Positions 37,339 through 47,790 of a DNA stretch of 64,000 nucleotides are shown here, piece by piece (position 1 is the stretch's first letter; every line of letters begins with the position of its first letter). The position numbers were made by a program, and so were the translations under genes. Location of the stretch: the NCBI GenBank assembly GCA_963976765.1, contig CAXBME010000014.1:1-64000 (forward strand). Direction: 5' to 3'. Below the pieces are notes generated by a model. That model did not search any database. It worked only from the letters and a program-made list of their open reading frames with translations, and had not been told where the DNA came from. This DNA comes from an uncultured Planctomycetaceae bacterium (GTDB lineage: Bacteria; Planctomycetota; Planctomycetia; Planctomycetales; Planctomycetaceae).

Positions 37339-39044
37339 ACGATCGGGACGAACGGCTTGCTGAACTGCTGGAGCAGCTTGCGAATGATTCGCTGGATGGG
37401 CGGCAGCCGGTTCTTGAGACGGTGGTTCGCGAGAACTCGGACCTTGAGCTGGAGTTGCGGGAACTCTGGGCGACGATGATTCTGGCTGAGGACTTTGCCA
37501 GCTGCTCTGAAATTATTGAGGGCCTCGACGATGGCGGGGAAGCAACGACGGCTCGAACGCAATCTGTAGTGCGGAGCGACGCTCCGTTGCCGGAACCGTT
37601 CGACGATTACGAACCGGCGGCTGAGATCGGTCGCGGTGGGATGGGAGTTGTTTATCGGGCTCGGCAGACGAGTCTTGATCGGCAGGTCGCTCTGAAGATG
37701 ATTCTTCGCGGCGCTCTGGCTTCTCCCGAAGATGTCGCCAGGTTTCGTGCGGAAGCGGAAGCGGCGGCGAGGCTCAATCATCCGAACATTGTACAGGTGT
37801 TCGAAGTCGGGGAGCATCTTGGTCAGCCGTACTTCAGCATGCAGTGTGTGGAGGGGACGACGCTCAGCAAACGTATCGCCGACGGCCCCTTGCCCTCTCG
37901 CGAAGCCGCTCGACTGTTGATTCCCGTTTGCCGGGCCGTCGCGGAAGCTCACCGCAACGGCGTGCTGCATCGTGATCTGAAACCGTCAAACATTCTTATT
38001 GACGAAGACGGTCGGCCGTTCGTCACTGACTTTGGACTGGCGAAAAGGATCGTGCCATCCGGTCAGCTTCGCGACGACAGTGCGGCGGCAGACGTCGAGA
38101 CGCTGACGAATTCCGGAGCGATCCTCGGCACGCCGAGTTACATGGCACCGGAACAGGCAGCCGGACAGCGAGGCCAGATCGGCGAAGCGTCCGACGTTTA
38201 CAGCCTGGGAGCGATTCTTTATGCGACTCTGACGGGGCGGCCTCCGTTTCAGGCAGCCAGTCCGGTCGACACGATTCTGATGGTGCTGGAGCAGGAGCCT
38301 GTCCCGCCGCGAGTTCTCAATCCAGGCGCAGACTCCGACCTCGAAATGATCGCGATGAAGTGCCTGCAGAAGCCGACTGACCTGCGGTACCGGGATGCAG
38401 ACTCGCTGGCCGACGATCTGGAAGCATGGCTCCATCACGAACCGATTTCCGCGCGGTCGTCACAGTTTACAGACGTGATCAGTCGAGCGTTCCGGGAAAC
38501 TCATCACGCCTCCGTGCTGGAAAACTGGGGCATTCTCTGGATGCTGCACAGCGTTGTCGTGCTGGTGCTGTGCCTGCTGACGAACTTCCTGCAGTGGCGG
38601 GACGCGGTGACAGGATCGTCGTCACGCTGGCCTTACATGAGCATCTGGTGTGTGGGGCTCGGGATTTGGGCGGTCATCTTTTACAACCTGCGCCGCCGCG
38701 CCGGTCCGGTGACTTTCGTTGAACGCCAGATCGTCCACGTCTGGGCCGGCAGCATGATCGTCAGCACGCTGCTCTATTTTGTGGAGTGGCAGATGGGGCT
38801 TGATGTCCTGCAGCTTTCGCCGGTCATTGGCCTGGTCAGTGGCATGGTCTTTCTGGTGAAAGCGAGTCTGCTGAACGGTCGCTTCTACATTCAGGCGGCA
38901 GCGTTGTTTGCTACCGGCGGCCTGATGGCTGTGATACCTCAAACCACCCTGCCGGATTTCAGCATTTCGCTCTATGGAGTTGTCGCCGGCCTGAGCTTTT
39001 TCCTGCCCGGCCTGAAGTATTACCGTCAACGAGCAGCTCGATAA
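37335..39044 (+). CDS. Ser/Thr protein kinase with C-terminal TM helices
   Basis: IGRGGMGVVY, VALK, HRDLKPSN, DFGLA, GTPSYMAPE, DVYSLG. Confidence 0.95.
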   Translation: MNDRDERLAELLEQLANDSLDGRQPVLETVVRENSDLELELRELWATMILAEDFASCSEIIEGLDDGGEATTARTQSVVRSDAPLPEPFDDYEPAAEIGRGGMGVVYRARQTSLDRQVALKMILRGALASPEDVARFRAEAEAAARLNHPNIVQVFEVGEHLGQPYFSMQCVEGTTLSKRIADGPLPSREAARLLIPVCRAVAEAHRNGVLHRDLKPSNILIDEDGRPFVTDFGLAKRIVPSGQLRDDSAAADVETLTNSGAILGTPSYMAPEQAAGQRGQIGEASDVYSLGAILYATLTGRPPFQAASPVDTILMVLEQEPVPPRVLNPGADSDLEMIAMKCLQKPTDLRYRDADSLADDLEAWLHHEPISARSSQFTDVISRAFRETHHASVLENWGILWMLHSVVVLVLCLLTNFLQWRDAVTGSSSRWPYMSIWCVGLGIWAVIFYNLRRRAGPVTFVERQIVHVWAGSMIVSTLLYFVEWQMGLDVLQLSPVIGLVSGMVFLVKASLLNGRFYIQAAALFATGGLMAVIPQTTLPDFSISLYGVVAGLSFFLPGLKYYRQRAAR

Positions 39045-39131
39045 TTCGCTTGTCACAACCTACGGTTTCTGTCCAGGCATTCGCAATCAATTCACAATTC
39101 CAGCAAACAATTTCAACAAGAGGCACACCCT

Positions 39132-40109
39132 ATGTTGTCGCTCCGCTCTCTGGTCACCCTGTCTGTGCTGACTGCCATCCTTGGTGGTTCGCTGGCGTCC
39201 GCTTCTGCGAATAACAAGGCCGGCTTCCATTGGAAGAATGACGAGGCCGCGGGAAAGGCGGATCTGTTACGCGGGGACAAGCCGGTCATTCGGTACATGT
39301 ATGCTTATGACACGTCGACCGACACGCGGGCCCACGAAACCTACAAAGTCTTCCACCACGTCTACGGACCGGGTTCGAAAACGATCATCACGAAGGGGCC
39401 TCACGGAAAGTACACGCATCATCGAGGCCTGTACGTCGGTTGGAACAAGACCGGCTTTGAGGGCAAATCGCTCGACTTCTGGCATTGCAAGAACGGAGCT
39501 CATCTTCGACACGCGAAGTTTGTCGACATGTCGGCCGACGCCGAACACGGTTCGATGACCGCCGAGATTCACTGGAACGACGCCGACGGCAAGCCAGTCA
39601 TTGTCGAATGGCGGACTGTTTCGGTCCGTGAAGAACCTGGCACCGACGGATGGCAGATCGACTGGTCAACAAAGCTGGAAAGCCGACGCGGAGCCATCAC
39701 GCTGGACGGTGACCGTCAGCATGCCGGATTTCAGTTCCGAGCGGACCAGCCCGTTGCTGATTCCAACGGCGGGACGTATCTGAGGCCAGCAACGTTTCCT
39801 CAGGGCGAAGCCGCCATTCAGGTCGGCGACAAAGGTGACCCGCCTGCGCATATCAATCTCGGCTGGTTCGCGCTGTCTTACGAACTCAACAAGCAGCGTT
39901 ACACCGTCGAGTATTTTGACAATCCAAACCTGCCCAAACCGTCGTTGTTTTCCGAACGCCCATACGGCCGCTTTGGTACGTTCTTCAAGACAACGTTGAA
40001 AGCCGACACACCGCTCGAAATGCAGTACCGAGTGATTGTTGGCCGAGGCAAGCCGTCGGTCAGCGATGTGCAGTCTCGCTATGACGCGTTTCTAAAATCA
40101 TTAGATTGA
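39132..40109 (+). CDS. Secreted PmoA-like (DUF6807) family protein
   Basis: Signal peptide; FHHVYGP, HHRGLY, DFW, HAGFQFR, ERPYGRFG. Confidence 0.7.
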   Translation: MLSLRSLVTLSVLTAILGGSLASASANNKAGFHWKNDEAAGKADLLRGDKPVIRYMYAYDTSTDTRAHETYKVFHHVYGPGSKTIITKGPHGKYTHHRGLYVGWNKTGFEGKSLDFWHCKNGAHLRHAKFVDMSADAEHGSMTAEIHWNDADGKPVIVEWRTVSVREEPGTDGWQIDWSTKLESRRGAITLDGDRQHAGFQFRADQPVADSNGGTYLRPATFPQGEAAIQVGDKGDPPAHINLGWFALSYELNKQRYTVEYFDNPNLPKPSLFSERPYGRFGTFFKTTLKADTPLEMQYRVIVGRGKPSVSDVQSRYDAFLKSLD

Positions 40110-40173
40110 GTCGTCAAAAGATAATGTTGAACCGGACGGGTTCGGTTGTGGACTGCCAGGAAGGGAGCAGGCT

Positions 40174-42828
40174 TTGCCACGCGTTCTATTCACCGCTGCA
40201 TTGAGTCTGCTCTTTGCCGTGCAGGCTGTCCGCTCCGTGCCCTGCTTTGCTCAGTCGGATAGGCCGGACACGGAAACTCAGCGTTTCAGTGAACCGAATC
40301 ATTCCGGAGAATTCCCGGTCATCCGCTATTCGCTTTCGTTCGGGATGGTCCATCAGGTAGCTCCCGATGCCTTCCCGGAACTCAGCCGGATCATCCGACT
40401 GCTGGAACCACCGAACGCTGACCTTGAGCGGGCAGAACTCGTTTGCCGAGCAGCTCTGAAGAATCGCCCATCTGAAGAATGCAAGATGGTGCTTGCGGCG
40501 ATCCTGAGCGATCTCGACCGACATGATGAAGCCCTGGAATTACTGACCAGCGTCATCGATCGCGACCGTTCAAACTGGCAGGCCTTGCTCGTCCGCAGCC
40601 AGGTTCGATCAAGACTTCGTGATTTCAAAGGAGCCAGGAGAGACTCTGAGGCGGCCGCCGCCCTCGTGCAGGACGTGGTGTTTGACGATTGGGACGACGC
40701 CCTGATCGAGGAAAGTCTGTTTGATCTCGCGGAGATCGACCTGTTCGACTTCGACGTTCGCGCTCCACGAGAGTCTGCGACGCTTGCGGCGCTCGTCGCC
40801 TGTTTTGCCGTGGGCTGCTTTGTGCTTTGTCTCCGCTGGGGACTTCGGCAGAAACGAGAAGCCAACGGTACGCGATGGCAGCTGATCGGAGTTTCTGCGT
40901 ACGTAACGGCGATCTGGACCGTTCCTGTGGCCGTCGCGGCAACAATGACTGGCTGCGACATCGGCCAGCCACCTGGGATCGTCTGGTGGGCCTTCATGGG
41001 TCTCTTTGCCGTCTTATTCATTCGCGGCACGATGAAGCCTCCGAACCTGACCTACGTCGGCAAGGAAGCGCTGCCGGAGTGCGACAGCCCGCAAATGCTC
41101 GCACGTATCCAGCAACTGTCGCAGCGCATTGGCGTCGCGACACCGACCGTGCGGATGCAGCGAGCGATCGAACACCCCAGCGATTCATCAGCGGCGTTTG
41201 TGGGCGGCCTGGCACCTCATTCGATCGTGCTTTACGACACGATCCTTTCTCAACTGCGCGAAGACGAACAGGACGGCATTATTGGCCATGAACTGGGACA
41301 CGTCGCCAATCATTCGATCTGGGTGTACTCCGCCATTTATCCACTGACCATGACGGCGATGATCGTCCTGTCTTTCCTGGGAGGCAGTTTCTTCGGAGTG
41401 ATGGCCGGTGCTGCTTTGCGAGCCGGGGCTTTCCGGCTGATGAGTCGTCGATTCGAATTTGACTGCGATCGTCGCGCCGCGCTGGCAACTTCCCCGGATG
41501 CCGTCGCGCGAGGTCTTCGCCGCATCTACGCCAGGCATTTGCTTGGCAAGTCCGGCCTGCTGACAGACATTGTCCACAGCACGGCCACTCATCCCTCATT
41601 GAACGAACGCATTCATGCGATGGATGTACTGGCTTCTCCAACACGATCTGAAGCCGGCTCGCTGCTCAGCGTTTCGTACGACAACAGCCGAGTCACACGG
41701 TGTCGAAAGCTGGTCGCGGCCTTTGCGATTCTCTGGTTCTGCCTCACGGCGTACGGCATCGCAGCAACGCTGTTAATGGGCGACTCATTCTGGCCGATAG
41801 TGGCTCTCTTTGCTGCGGTATTCGGGCCGACATTCTTCATCATGCTGGCATCTCGCCGCGCGGTGAAAATCGCCAAAGCACGAATGAAAGGACGGCTTCG
41901 GTGGAGCAATCTGACACTTCGTCGAAAGCTTGGCGTATCGTCGATTTCAGTACTATGCACTGCAGGCGGCCTGCTGATAATTGCGTTTCACTTCGATTTC
42001 CTGCCCAATACCTTTCCAATCGCAACCGGCGTCGCCATCACATCCTACGGACAGCTGATATCTGGCCTGCTAATTGTTCTGTTTGGCGGGGCAGCATTCG
42101 CGATGTTATGTGGGCCGATTGAAAAACAGTCCAATAAGAAACCGAAACTCGCACAGACAATCACGGCGGCCATACAGCGGAATGATTTCGACGAGGTCAT
42201 CGAAATCTGCAAAGAAAACTACGACGTCGTGAAACACGATAGACAACTGAAGTACAGCGGCGCGGCGGCGTTACTCGCAACCCGGCAGCTTGAAAAGTTC
42301 ATTCCTTACGCCGAACAGATTCGCGAAGAGTTCCCGCACTTCCCGCCTCCTGCGATTTCACTGGCAACGGCTTATCTGGATCAGGGCGAGCCTGAAAAGG
42401 CACTCGACAGAATTCGCGGCATCGAGAAAAACCTTCATAAAGCCGACCCTCTTCCTGCCATCATGTCGTCTCGCGCTCTGCTGGCTCTTGGGCGACTTGA
42501 TGAGGCGAAAGCAGAATGTGATCGAGGTCTTGAACTGGCACCGGATGATGTGTCGTCGATGGCTCAAGCGGCACGGGTGGCGATGGCGGCTGAAGAACTG
42601 GACGAATCCGACCGTCTGATTCAGCAGGGAAGCGATCTCCTTCCGGCAGAACCGTTGCTCATCGTTGCTCGGGGCGAGCGAGCAATCCTCAACAACGATC
42701 AAGCCGCTTTGCAGACGGAACGCGATGCCCTGGCGGCAGCTCTGCAAGGTGACCGGCTGCTCTGCCTTTACAACAGCCTCGCCCAATTTAATACGGCTTT
42801 GGGAGCATTTTCAGCGGATGAAGTCTGA
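40174..42828 (+). CDS. M48 (HtpX-like) metalloprotease flanked by TPR domains
   Basis: HELGH, RRFEFDCD, THPSLNERI; multiple TMs; N- and C-terminal TPR-like helices. Confidence 0.85.
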   Translation: MPRVLFTAALSLLFAVQAVRSVPCFAQSDRPDTETQRFSEPNHSGEFPVIRYSLSFGMVHQVAPDAFPELSRIIRLLEPPNADLERAELVCRAALKNRPSEECKMVLAAILSDLDRHDEALELLTSVIDRDRSNWQALLVRSQVRSRLRDFKGARRDSEAAAALVQDVVFDDWDDALIEESLFDLAEIDLFDFDVRAPRESATLAALVACFAVGCFVLCLRWGLRQKREANGTRWQLIGVSAYVTAIWTVPVAVAATMTGCDIGQPPGIVWWAFMGLFAVLFIRGTMKPPNLTYVGKEALPECDSPQMLARIQQLSQRIGVATPTVRMQRAIEHPSDSSAAFVGGLAPHSIVLYDTILSQLREDEQDGIIGHELGHVANHSIWVYSAIYPLTMTAMIVLSFLGGSFFGVMAGAALRAGAFRLMSRRFEFDCDRRAALATSPDAVARGLRRIYARHLLGKSGLLTDIVHSTATHPSLNERIHAMDVLASPTRSEAGSLLSVSYDNSRVTRCRKLVAAFAILWFCLTAYGIAATLLMGDSFWPIVALFAAVFGPTFFIMLASRRAVKIAKARMKGRLRWSNLTLRRKLGVSSISVLCTAGGLLIIAFHFDFLPNTFPIATGVAITSYGQLISGLLIVLFGGAAFAMLCGPIEKQSNKKPKLAQTITAAIQRNDFDEVIEICKENYDVVKHDRQLKYSGAAALLATRQLEKFIPYAEQIREEFPHFPPPAISLATAYLDQGEPEKALDRIRGIEKNLHKADPLPAIMSSRALLALGRLDEAKAECDRGLELAPDDVSSMAQAARVAMAAEELDESDRLIQQGSDLLPAEPLLIVARGERAILNNDQAALQTERDALAAALQGDRLLCLYNSLAQFNTALGAFSADEV

Positions 42829-42954
42829 TTGCGACCGACTCGATACGCCGCCGTAGAAGCCTCACAATCGTGACCGTTCTTGCCATCAACGGCTGTCTAT
42901 GGAACACTGCTGGTCCTGCAATGCTTTCCGCCGCTCTCACCCACCGGTTATGCC

Positions 42955-45915
42955 ATGCCCGCCCTGCCCCGCCTGATGCTGCTTTCAGCTTTCGGTCTTC
43001 TGGCTCTGTTCTCTGGAATCAGCAGGACAGTTACAGCCAGCGACGCTGATGCTCCGGTTTTCGAACGGGACATCCTGCCGATCTTCAAGGTTCGCTGCGC
43101 CGACTGTCACAACGCCTCGGCTTCCAAAGGCGGGTTGGATCTTTCAAACATGGCGGGAGTTCGCAAAGGCGGAGAATCCGGCGAGTCAGCCGTCGTCGAG
43201 TCACTCGACGATAGCATGTTGTGGATCATGATCGAAGGCGGAGACATGCCGCCTGAAGGCGAAACGCCTCTTTCAACGTCTGACAAAGAAATCATCCGTC
43301 GCTGGATTTCGACCGGCTCGAAATCAACTTCCACTGCATCTGAAACTGTCGTCACTCAGCACGACGTTCTGCCCTACCTCTACACGCGTTGCGTCGTTTG
43401 CCACGGCGCGCGGCGCCGGGAAGCGGAACTCGACCTGCGAACGGTCGAGTCGATTCTCAAAGGCGGAAAATCCGGACGCGTCGTCGTGCCAGGCAAGCCG
43501 GAAGAAAGTCTCATTCTGAAGCGAATCCACGCGAAGGATATGCCGCCGCCGAAAGAGCTGATCCGTGCTGGCGTCAGGCCGATGGAATCGTCCGAAATCA
43601 ATCTGCTAACCACTTGGATCGAACAGGGCGCGATCAAGTACGACATCGTTCCTGATGTCCAGACCGAAACTCCTGACCCCCTGGTTTCCGATGACGACCG
43701 AAAATTCTGGGCGTTCCAGTCGCCGGTCAAACCGAACGTGCCGAACAGCGAACAATCGCCGATCGATTACTTTGTCCTTCGGAAACTCGAAGAACAAGAA
43801 TTGACTCCGTCACCCCAGGCCGAACGTCTGACATTGATTCGTAGAGTCGCTTTCGATCTAACAGGTCTGCCGCCGCAATGGAGTGATGTCGAACGGTTTC
43901 TCAACGACGATTCAAAAGACTGGTATGCAAACGTCGTCGACCATTATCTCGCATCTCCCCACTACGGTGAACGCTGGGGACGGTACTGGCTGGACGTCGC
44001 CGGGTACGCCGATTCCGAAGGCAAGCGATCGGCCGACCCGGTCCGGAATCACGCGTGGCGATATCGGGATTACGTCATTCGCTCGCTGAACGACGACAAG
44101 CCGTACGACCGGTTCCTGCTCGAACAACTCGCCGGAGACGAACTTTACGATTTCGAGAATGCCGACGCCGTCACCGATGAAATGATGGACTGCCTGGTCG
44201 CCACCGGCTTCCTGAGGATGGTGCCGGACGGGACGGGCTCGGACATTGTCGACACTGTCTCGGAACGCTTCGAAGTCGTCGCCGACGAAATCGAAGTTCT
44301 GGGTTCTTCCGTGATGGGACTGACGCTGCGCTGTGCCCAGTGTCATTCTCACAAGTACGACCCCATCCCTCAGCGCGATTATTACCGACTCGTCTCTGTC
44401 TTCCAGGGGGCGTACGACGTTTACGACTGGTTAAAGCCGACCTCAGTGGCCGGTCAGTCGAAACAGAAGAATCCCACTCGGCGATACCTCACGCAGGTTT
44501 CGGAAGAAACCACGAAACGCTGGCAGCAAGCTCGCCGCCCGATTGAGGCACAGATCGCCGCCGAGCAGCAGGAACTGGCTGACAGGGAAGCAGAATTTCG
44601 TTCGCAATTCATCGACGAAAAGCTGAAGGATGTTCCCGCCGAACTTCACGACGATCTTCGCACGATGCTGAACACACCGAAGAAGGATCGAACGGCCGAA
44701 CAACGCACGCTCTCAAAGAAGTACGAGGCGGCGCTGACCGTGTCGGCGGATGATCTGGTGAAAAAGTACGCCGGCTTCAAATCGCTCAAGGCCGCGTCAG
44801 ACAAGCGGCTCAAAGCCTTGCAGGCAACAATGCCAGCGGAACCGATGATCCGTGCCCTCTGGGATCGCGGCGAACCATCGCCCACCTGGATCTTTCGCCG
44901 CGGCGAATACACCAACCCTGGCGATCTGGTGGGGCCCGGCGTGCCGTCGGTGCTGACCGACGGTCGAACTCCGTTTGTCACCGATCCTTTACGTCCTGGT
45001 TCGACAGGCCGACGCCTGGCGTTCGCCAGGTGGCTGACGAAACCGGACCATCCATTGACGGCGCGAGTCATCGTTAACCGAATCTGGTTTCACCATTTTG
45101 GTCGAGGGATCGTTGAGTCACTCGGTAACTTCGGTCGAACCGGCGTTGCGCCGACGCATCCTGAGTTGCTCGACTGGCTGGCCGTTTCGTTCGTCGAGAA
45201 TGGCTGGAGCTTCAAGTGGCTTCACCGTCAGATCATGCTCACCCAGACCTGGCGACAATCATCGACGCTGCGACCGGAAAGCGAAGAACGGGATTCTGAC
45301 AATCGATGGTTATCACGAATGCCGCTTCGCCGCCTGGAAGCAGAGCCGCTGCGAGACAGCCTGCTGGCGGCTTCCGGACAGCTCGACATGACACCTCTCG
45401 GAACACCGGATGCAGTCACGGTCCGAGCGGATGGTCTTGTCACTACGAACCGATCAGAAGCCGGCTGGCGACGAACAGTTTACGTTCAGCAACGCCGCAG
45501 CACGCTGCCTTCCATTCTTGAAACGTTCGACCTTCCGCAGATGAATCCCAATTGTGTTGCGCGACCGAACTCGATGGTTGCTTCTCAGGCCCTGCACCTG
45601 CTTAACAACGGCATGGTCCGCAACCTGACGCTTGAGTTCGCTCAACGAATTGAGACTGAGGCTGGTAGCGACCGATACAAACAGGTGCAAGAGGTTTACC
45701 AGGACGCACTCAGTCGGAAGCCGACACCGGCGGAATCGCAGTTGGCCTTGGAAGTTTTGAGTCAACTCACCGCCGAATGGGAAAACCGCGCAAAGTCAGC
45801 TTCAAATGCAAACGATGGCTCAATCAATGATGAAGCACCTTCTGCAGAGACAATGGCACTGGCCAATTTCTGTCATGTCATCATGAACTCAGCCGAGTTC
45901 CTGTTTATTGATTAG
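42955..45915 (+). CDS. Planctomycete cytochrome c + DUF1549/DUF1553 (PSD1) protein
   Basis: CADCH, CVVCH, CAQCH; RRVAFDLTGLPP, YGERWGRYWLD, HPLTARVIVNRIW, PTHPELLDWLA. Confidence 0.93.
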   Translation: MPALPRLMLLSAFGLLALFSGISRTVTASDADAPVFERDILPIFKVRCADCHNASASKGGLDLSNMAGVRKGGESGESAVVESLDDSMLWIMIEGGDMPPEGETPLSTSDKEIIRRWISTGSKSTSTASETVVTQHDVLPYLYTRCVVCHGARRREAELDLRTVESILKGGKSGRVVVPGKPEESLILKRIHAKDMPPPKELIRAGVRPMESSEINLLTTWIEQGAIKYDIVPDVQTETPDPLVSDDDRKFWAFQSPVKPNVPNSEQSPIDYFVLRKLEEQELTPSPQAERLTLIRRVAFDLTGLPPQWSDVERFLNDDSKDWYANVVDHYLASPHYGERWGRYWLDVAGYADSEGKRSADPVRNHAWRYRDYVIRSLNDDKPYDRFLLEQLAGDELYDFENADAVTDEMMDCLVATGFLRMVPDGTGSDIVDTVSERFEVVADEIEVLGSSVMGLTLRCAQCHSHKYDPIPQRDYYRLVSVFQGAYDVYDWLKPTSVAGQSKQKNPTRRYLTQVSEETTKRWQQARRPIEAQIAAEQQELADREAEFRSQFIDEKLKDVPAELHDDLRTMLNTPKKDRTAEQRTLSKKYEAALTVSADDLVKKYAGFKSLKAASDKRLKALQATMPAEPMIRALWDRGEPSPTWIFRRGEYTNPGDLVGPGVPSVLTDGRTPFVTDPLRPGSTGRRLAFARWLTKPDHPLTARVIVNRIWFHHFGRGIVESLGNFGRTGVAPTHPELLDWLAVSFVENGWSFKWLHRQIMLTQTWRQSSTLRPESEERDSDNRWLSRMPLRRLEAEPLRDSLLAASGQLDMTPLGTPDAVTVRADGLVTTNRSEAGWRRTVYVQQRRSTLPSILETFDLPQMNPNCVARPNSMVASQALHLLNNGMVRNLTLEFAQRIETEAGSDRYKQVQEVYQDALSRKPTPAESQLALEVLSQLTAEWENRAKSASNANDGSINDEAPSAETMALANFCHVIMNSAEFLFID

Positions 45916-45957
45916 CGGCGCATTCGAAAAATCAACGACGAAATGGATATGAAGAAA

Positions 45958-46039
45958 TTTAAGCCACATAGAGCACAGCGTTCTCAGAGATGTTCACAGG
46001 ACGATTTCTCTGAGACCATTTTGCACTCTCTGGCTTGAA
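45958..46039. repeat. Long imperfect intergenic palindrome (REP-like)
   Basis: Outer AAGCCA/TGGCTT and inner TCTCAGAGA/TCTCTGAGA arms. Confidence 0.55.
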
Positions 46040-46083
46040 CCAGTTTCTGATCAGAACTCAGTCGAACGGACAAGAAGTAAGCT

Positions 46084-47544
46084 ATGTCTCAACCTGACCG
46101 CCGAACCTTCATGGGCAGCGTCGCCAACGGGCTACAGGGAGCAGCGCTGGCGTCGTTGTTCTCACGAGACTTCTATGAGAGTCGGGTCGCCGCCTCGGAG
46201 ACGCCGCATCGGGCTGTTCGACGGGCTTTCGATCTGACGCCGAAGCAAACTCACTTCAAACCACGGGCGAAGGCCGTTATCCAGCTTTTCATGCAGGGAG
46301 GACCTTCTCAGGTCGACCTGTTCGATCCAAAACCAGAGCTGGATCGAAATCATGGCAAGTCGATTCTGAAAGACATTGCGAAAGACCTCTCGTCGCCGGA
46401 CGCAGCGGGCGGCCTGATGCGCAGCCCGTTCAAGTTTCAAAAGTACGGCCAGGCAGGAACGTACGTCTCTGAACTGCTGCCTCATCTGGCAAAGCATGTC
46501 GACGACATTGCCGTTGTCCGGTCGATGTTCAACACGCACCAGAATCACGAGCCGGCGCTGTTCAAGATACAGTCCGGCAAGCTGATGCCCGGCCTGCCAT
46601 CGCTGGGTTCGTGGGTGACCTATGGACTTGGCAGCGAGAACCAGAATCTTCCCGCCTACGTGGTGCTGGATTCTCCGGAAGGAAGACTGCCGACGAATTC
46701 GGGGCAGAACTGGCAGTCCGGTTACCTGCCGCCGCTTTACCAGGGGACACGGATGAGGTCTCAGGGGACACCCATTCTGAATCTGAAACCCGAAACTGAC
46801 GAACCATCAGCAGTCGAGCAACTCAGTCGCGATCTGCTCGGACGGCTTGACCGGATGCACAAAGCGAAGCGTCCGGGAGAACTCCAGCTTGACGCAAGGA
46901 TTGCGAGCTACGAACTCGCTGCAAGAATGCAGCTATCCGCCAGCGACGCGCTCGACATCACGCAGGAAACTCCGCAAACACTCGAAGCGTACGGCATTGG
47001 TGAAAAGCAAACCGACGCGTACGGTCGACAATGTCTGCTTGCTCGGCGACTCGTCGAGCGAGGAGTCCGATTCGTCCAACTGTTCACACCCGGCCAGCAG
47101 TGGGACAACCACAGCAACATCGGCACGTCGCTTCCCAGTATTTGCGGCAAGACCGATCTGCCAATCGCGGGGCTGCTTGCTGATTTGAAACAGCGTGGAC
47201 TGATGGACGATGTGCTGGTTGTGTGGGGCGGAGAATTTGGCCGCCTGCCAATTGCTCAGATGCGTGAGGGCAGCGATCTTAAGAAAGCTGGACGCGACCA
47301 CGGACCGCCGGGTTTTTCAGTCTGGTTTGCTGGAGCGGGCGTCAAAGGCGGAACCGTCTACGGAAGCACCGACGAGATCGGCTGGAACGCCGCCGAGAAC
47401 CGAGTCAGCGTCAATGACTGGCACGCCACCATTCTGCACGCTCTGGGGCTGCACAGCGACGAACTCTTCTTCGAGCATCACGGCTTCAAAGAGAAGCTGA
47501 CGGGGGTCGAGAAGGTCCGCATCGTGGATGAGATTTTCTCGTAG
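46084..47544 (+). CDS. DUF1501 family protein
   Basis: Tat-like RRTF; GGPSQVDLFDPKP, LARRLVERGVRFVQ, WDNH, GEFGR, GRDH. Confidence 0.93.
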   Translation: MSQPDRRTFMGSVANGLQGAALASLFSRDFYESRVAASETPHRAVRRAFDLTPKQTHFKPRAKAVIQLFMQGGPSQVDLFDPKPELDRNHGKSILKDIAKDLSSPDAAGGLMRSPFKFQKYGQAGTYVSELLPHLAKHVDDIAVVRSMFNTHQNHEPALFKIQSGKLMPGLPSLGSWVTYGLGSENQNLPAYVVLDSPEGRLPTNSGQNWQSGYLPPLYQGTRMRSQGTPILNLKPETDEPSAVEQLSRDLLGRLDRMHKAKRPGELQLDARIASYELAARMQLSASDALDITQETPQTLEAYGIGEKQTDAYGRQCLLARRLVERGVRFVQLFTPGQQWDNHSNIGTSLPSICGKTDLPIAGLLADLKQRGLMDDVLVVWGGEFGRLPIAQMREGSDLKKAGRDHGPPGFSVWFAGAGVKGGTVYGSTDEIGWNAAENRVSVNDWHATILHALGLHSDELFFEHHGFKEKLTGVEKVRIVDEIFS

Positions 47545-47562
47545 CGAGCGTCCAGGCGTTCC

Positions 47563-47751
47563 TTACGAATTCCGGTCTTCGCTGCGACGTTTTCGCTGGC
47601 GGCGCGGTGCCCTGCCCCGCTGATCGTTCTCGACGGGAAGTTGCTGCTCACGACGATCGGCCTTGCGGCGATCTTCTTCTTCACGTTTTTCGAGCAGGAT
47701 TTGCAGGGCCGGTGGCAATGGCAGGCTGTTTGGCATACGAAGGGTGTCCAT
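47563..47751 (-). CDS. Small Arg-rich protein at the end of the pilus operon
   Basis: ATG 40 nt after the secretin stop; LLEKRE..DRRKADRR...QR...RR. Confidence 0.55.
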   Translation of the reverse strand: MDTLRMPNSLPLPPALQILLEKREEEDRRKADRREQQLPVENDQRGRAPRRQRKRRSEDRNS

Positions 47752-47790
47752 CGGGGCGAGCGGTCGTCGCTGCGTGAAACGAGTAGAAAT

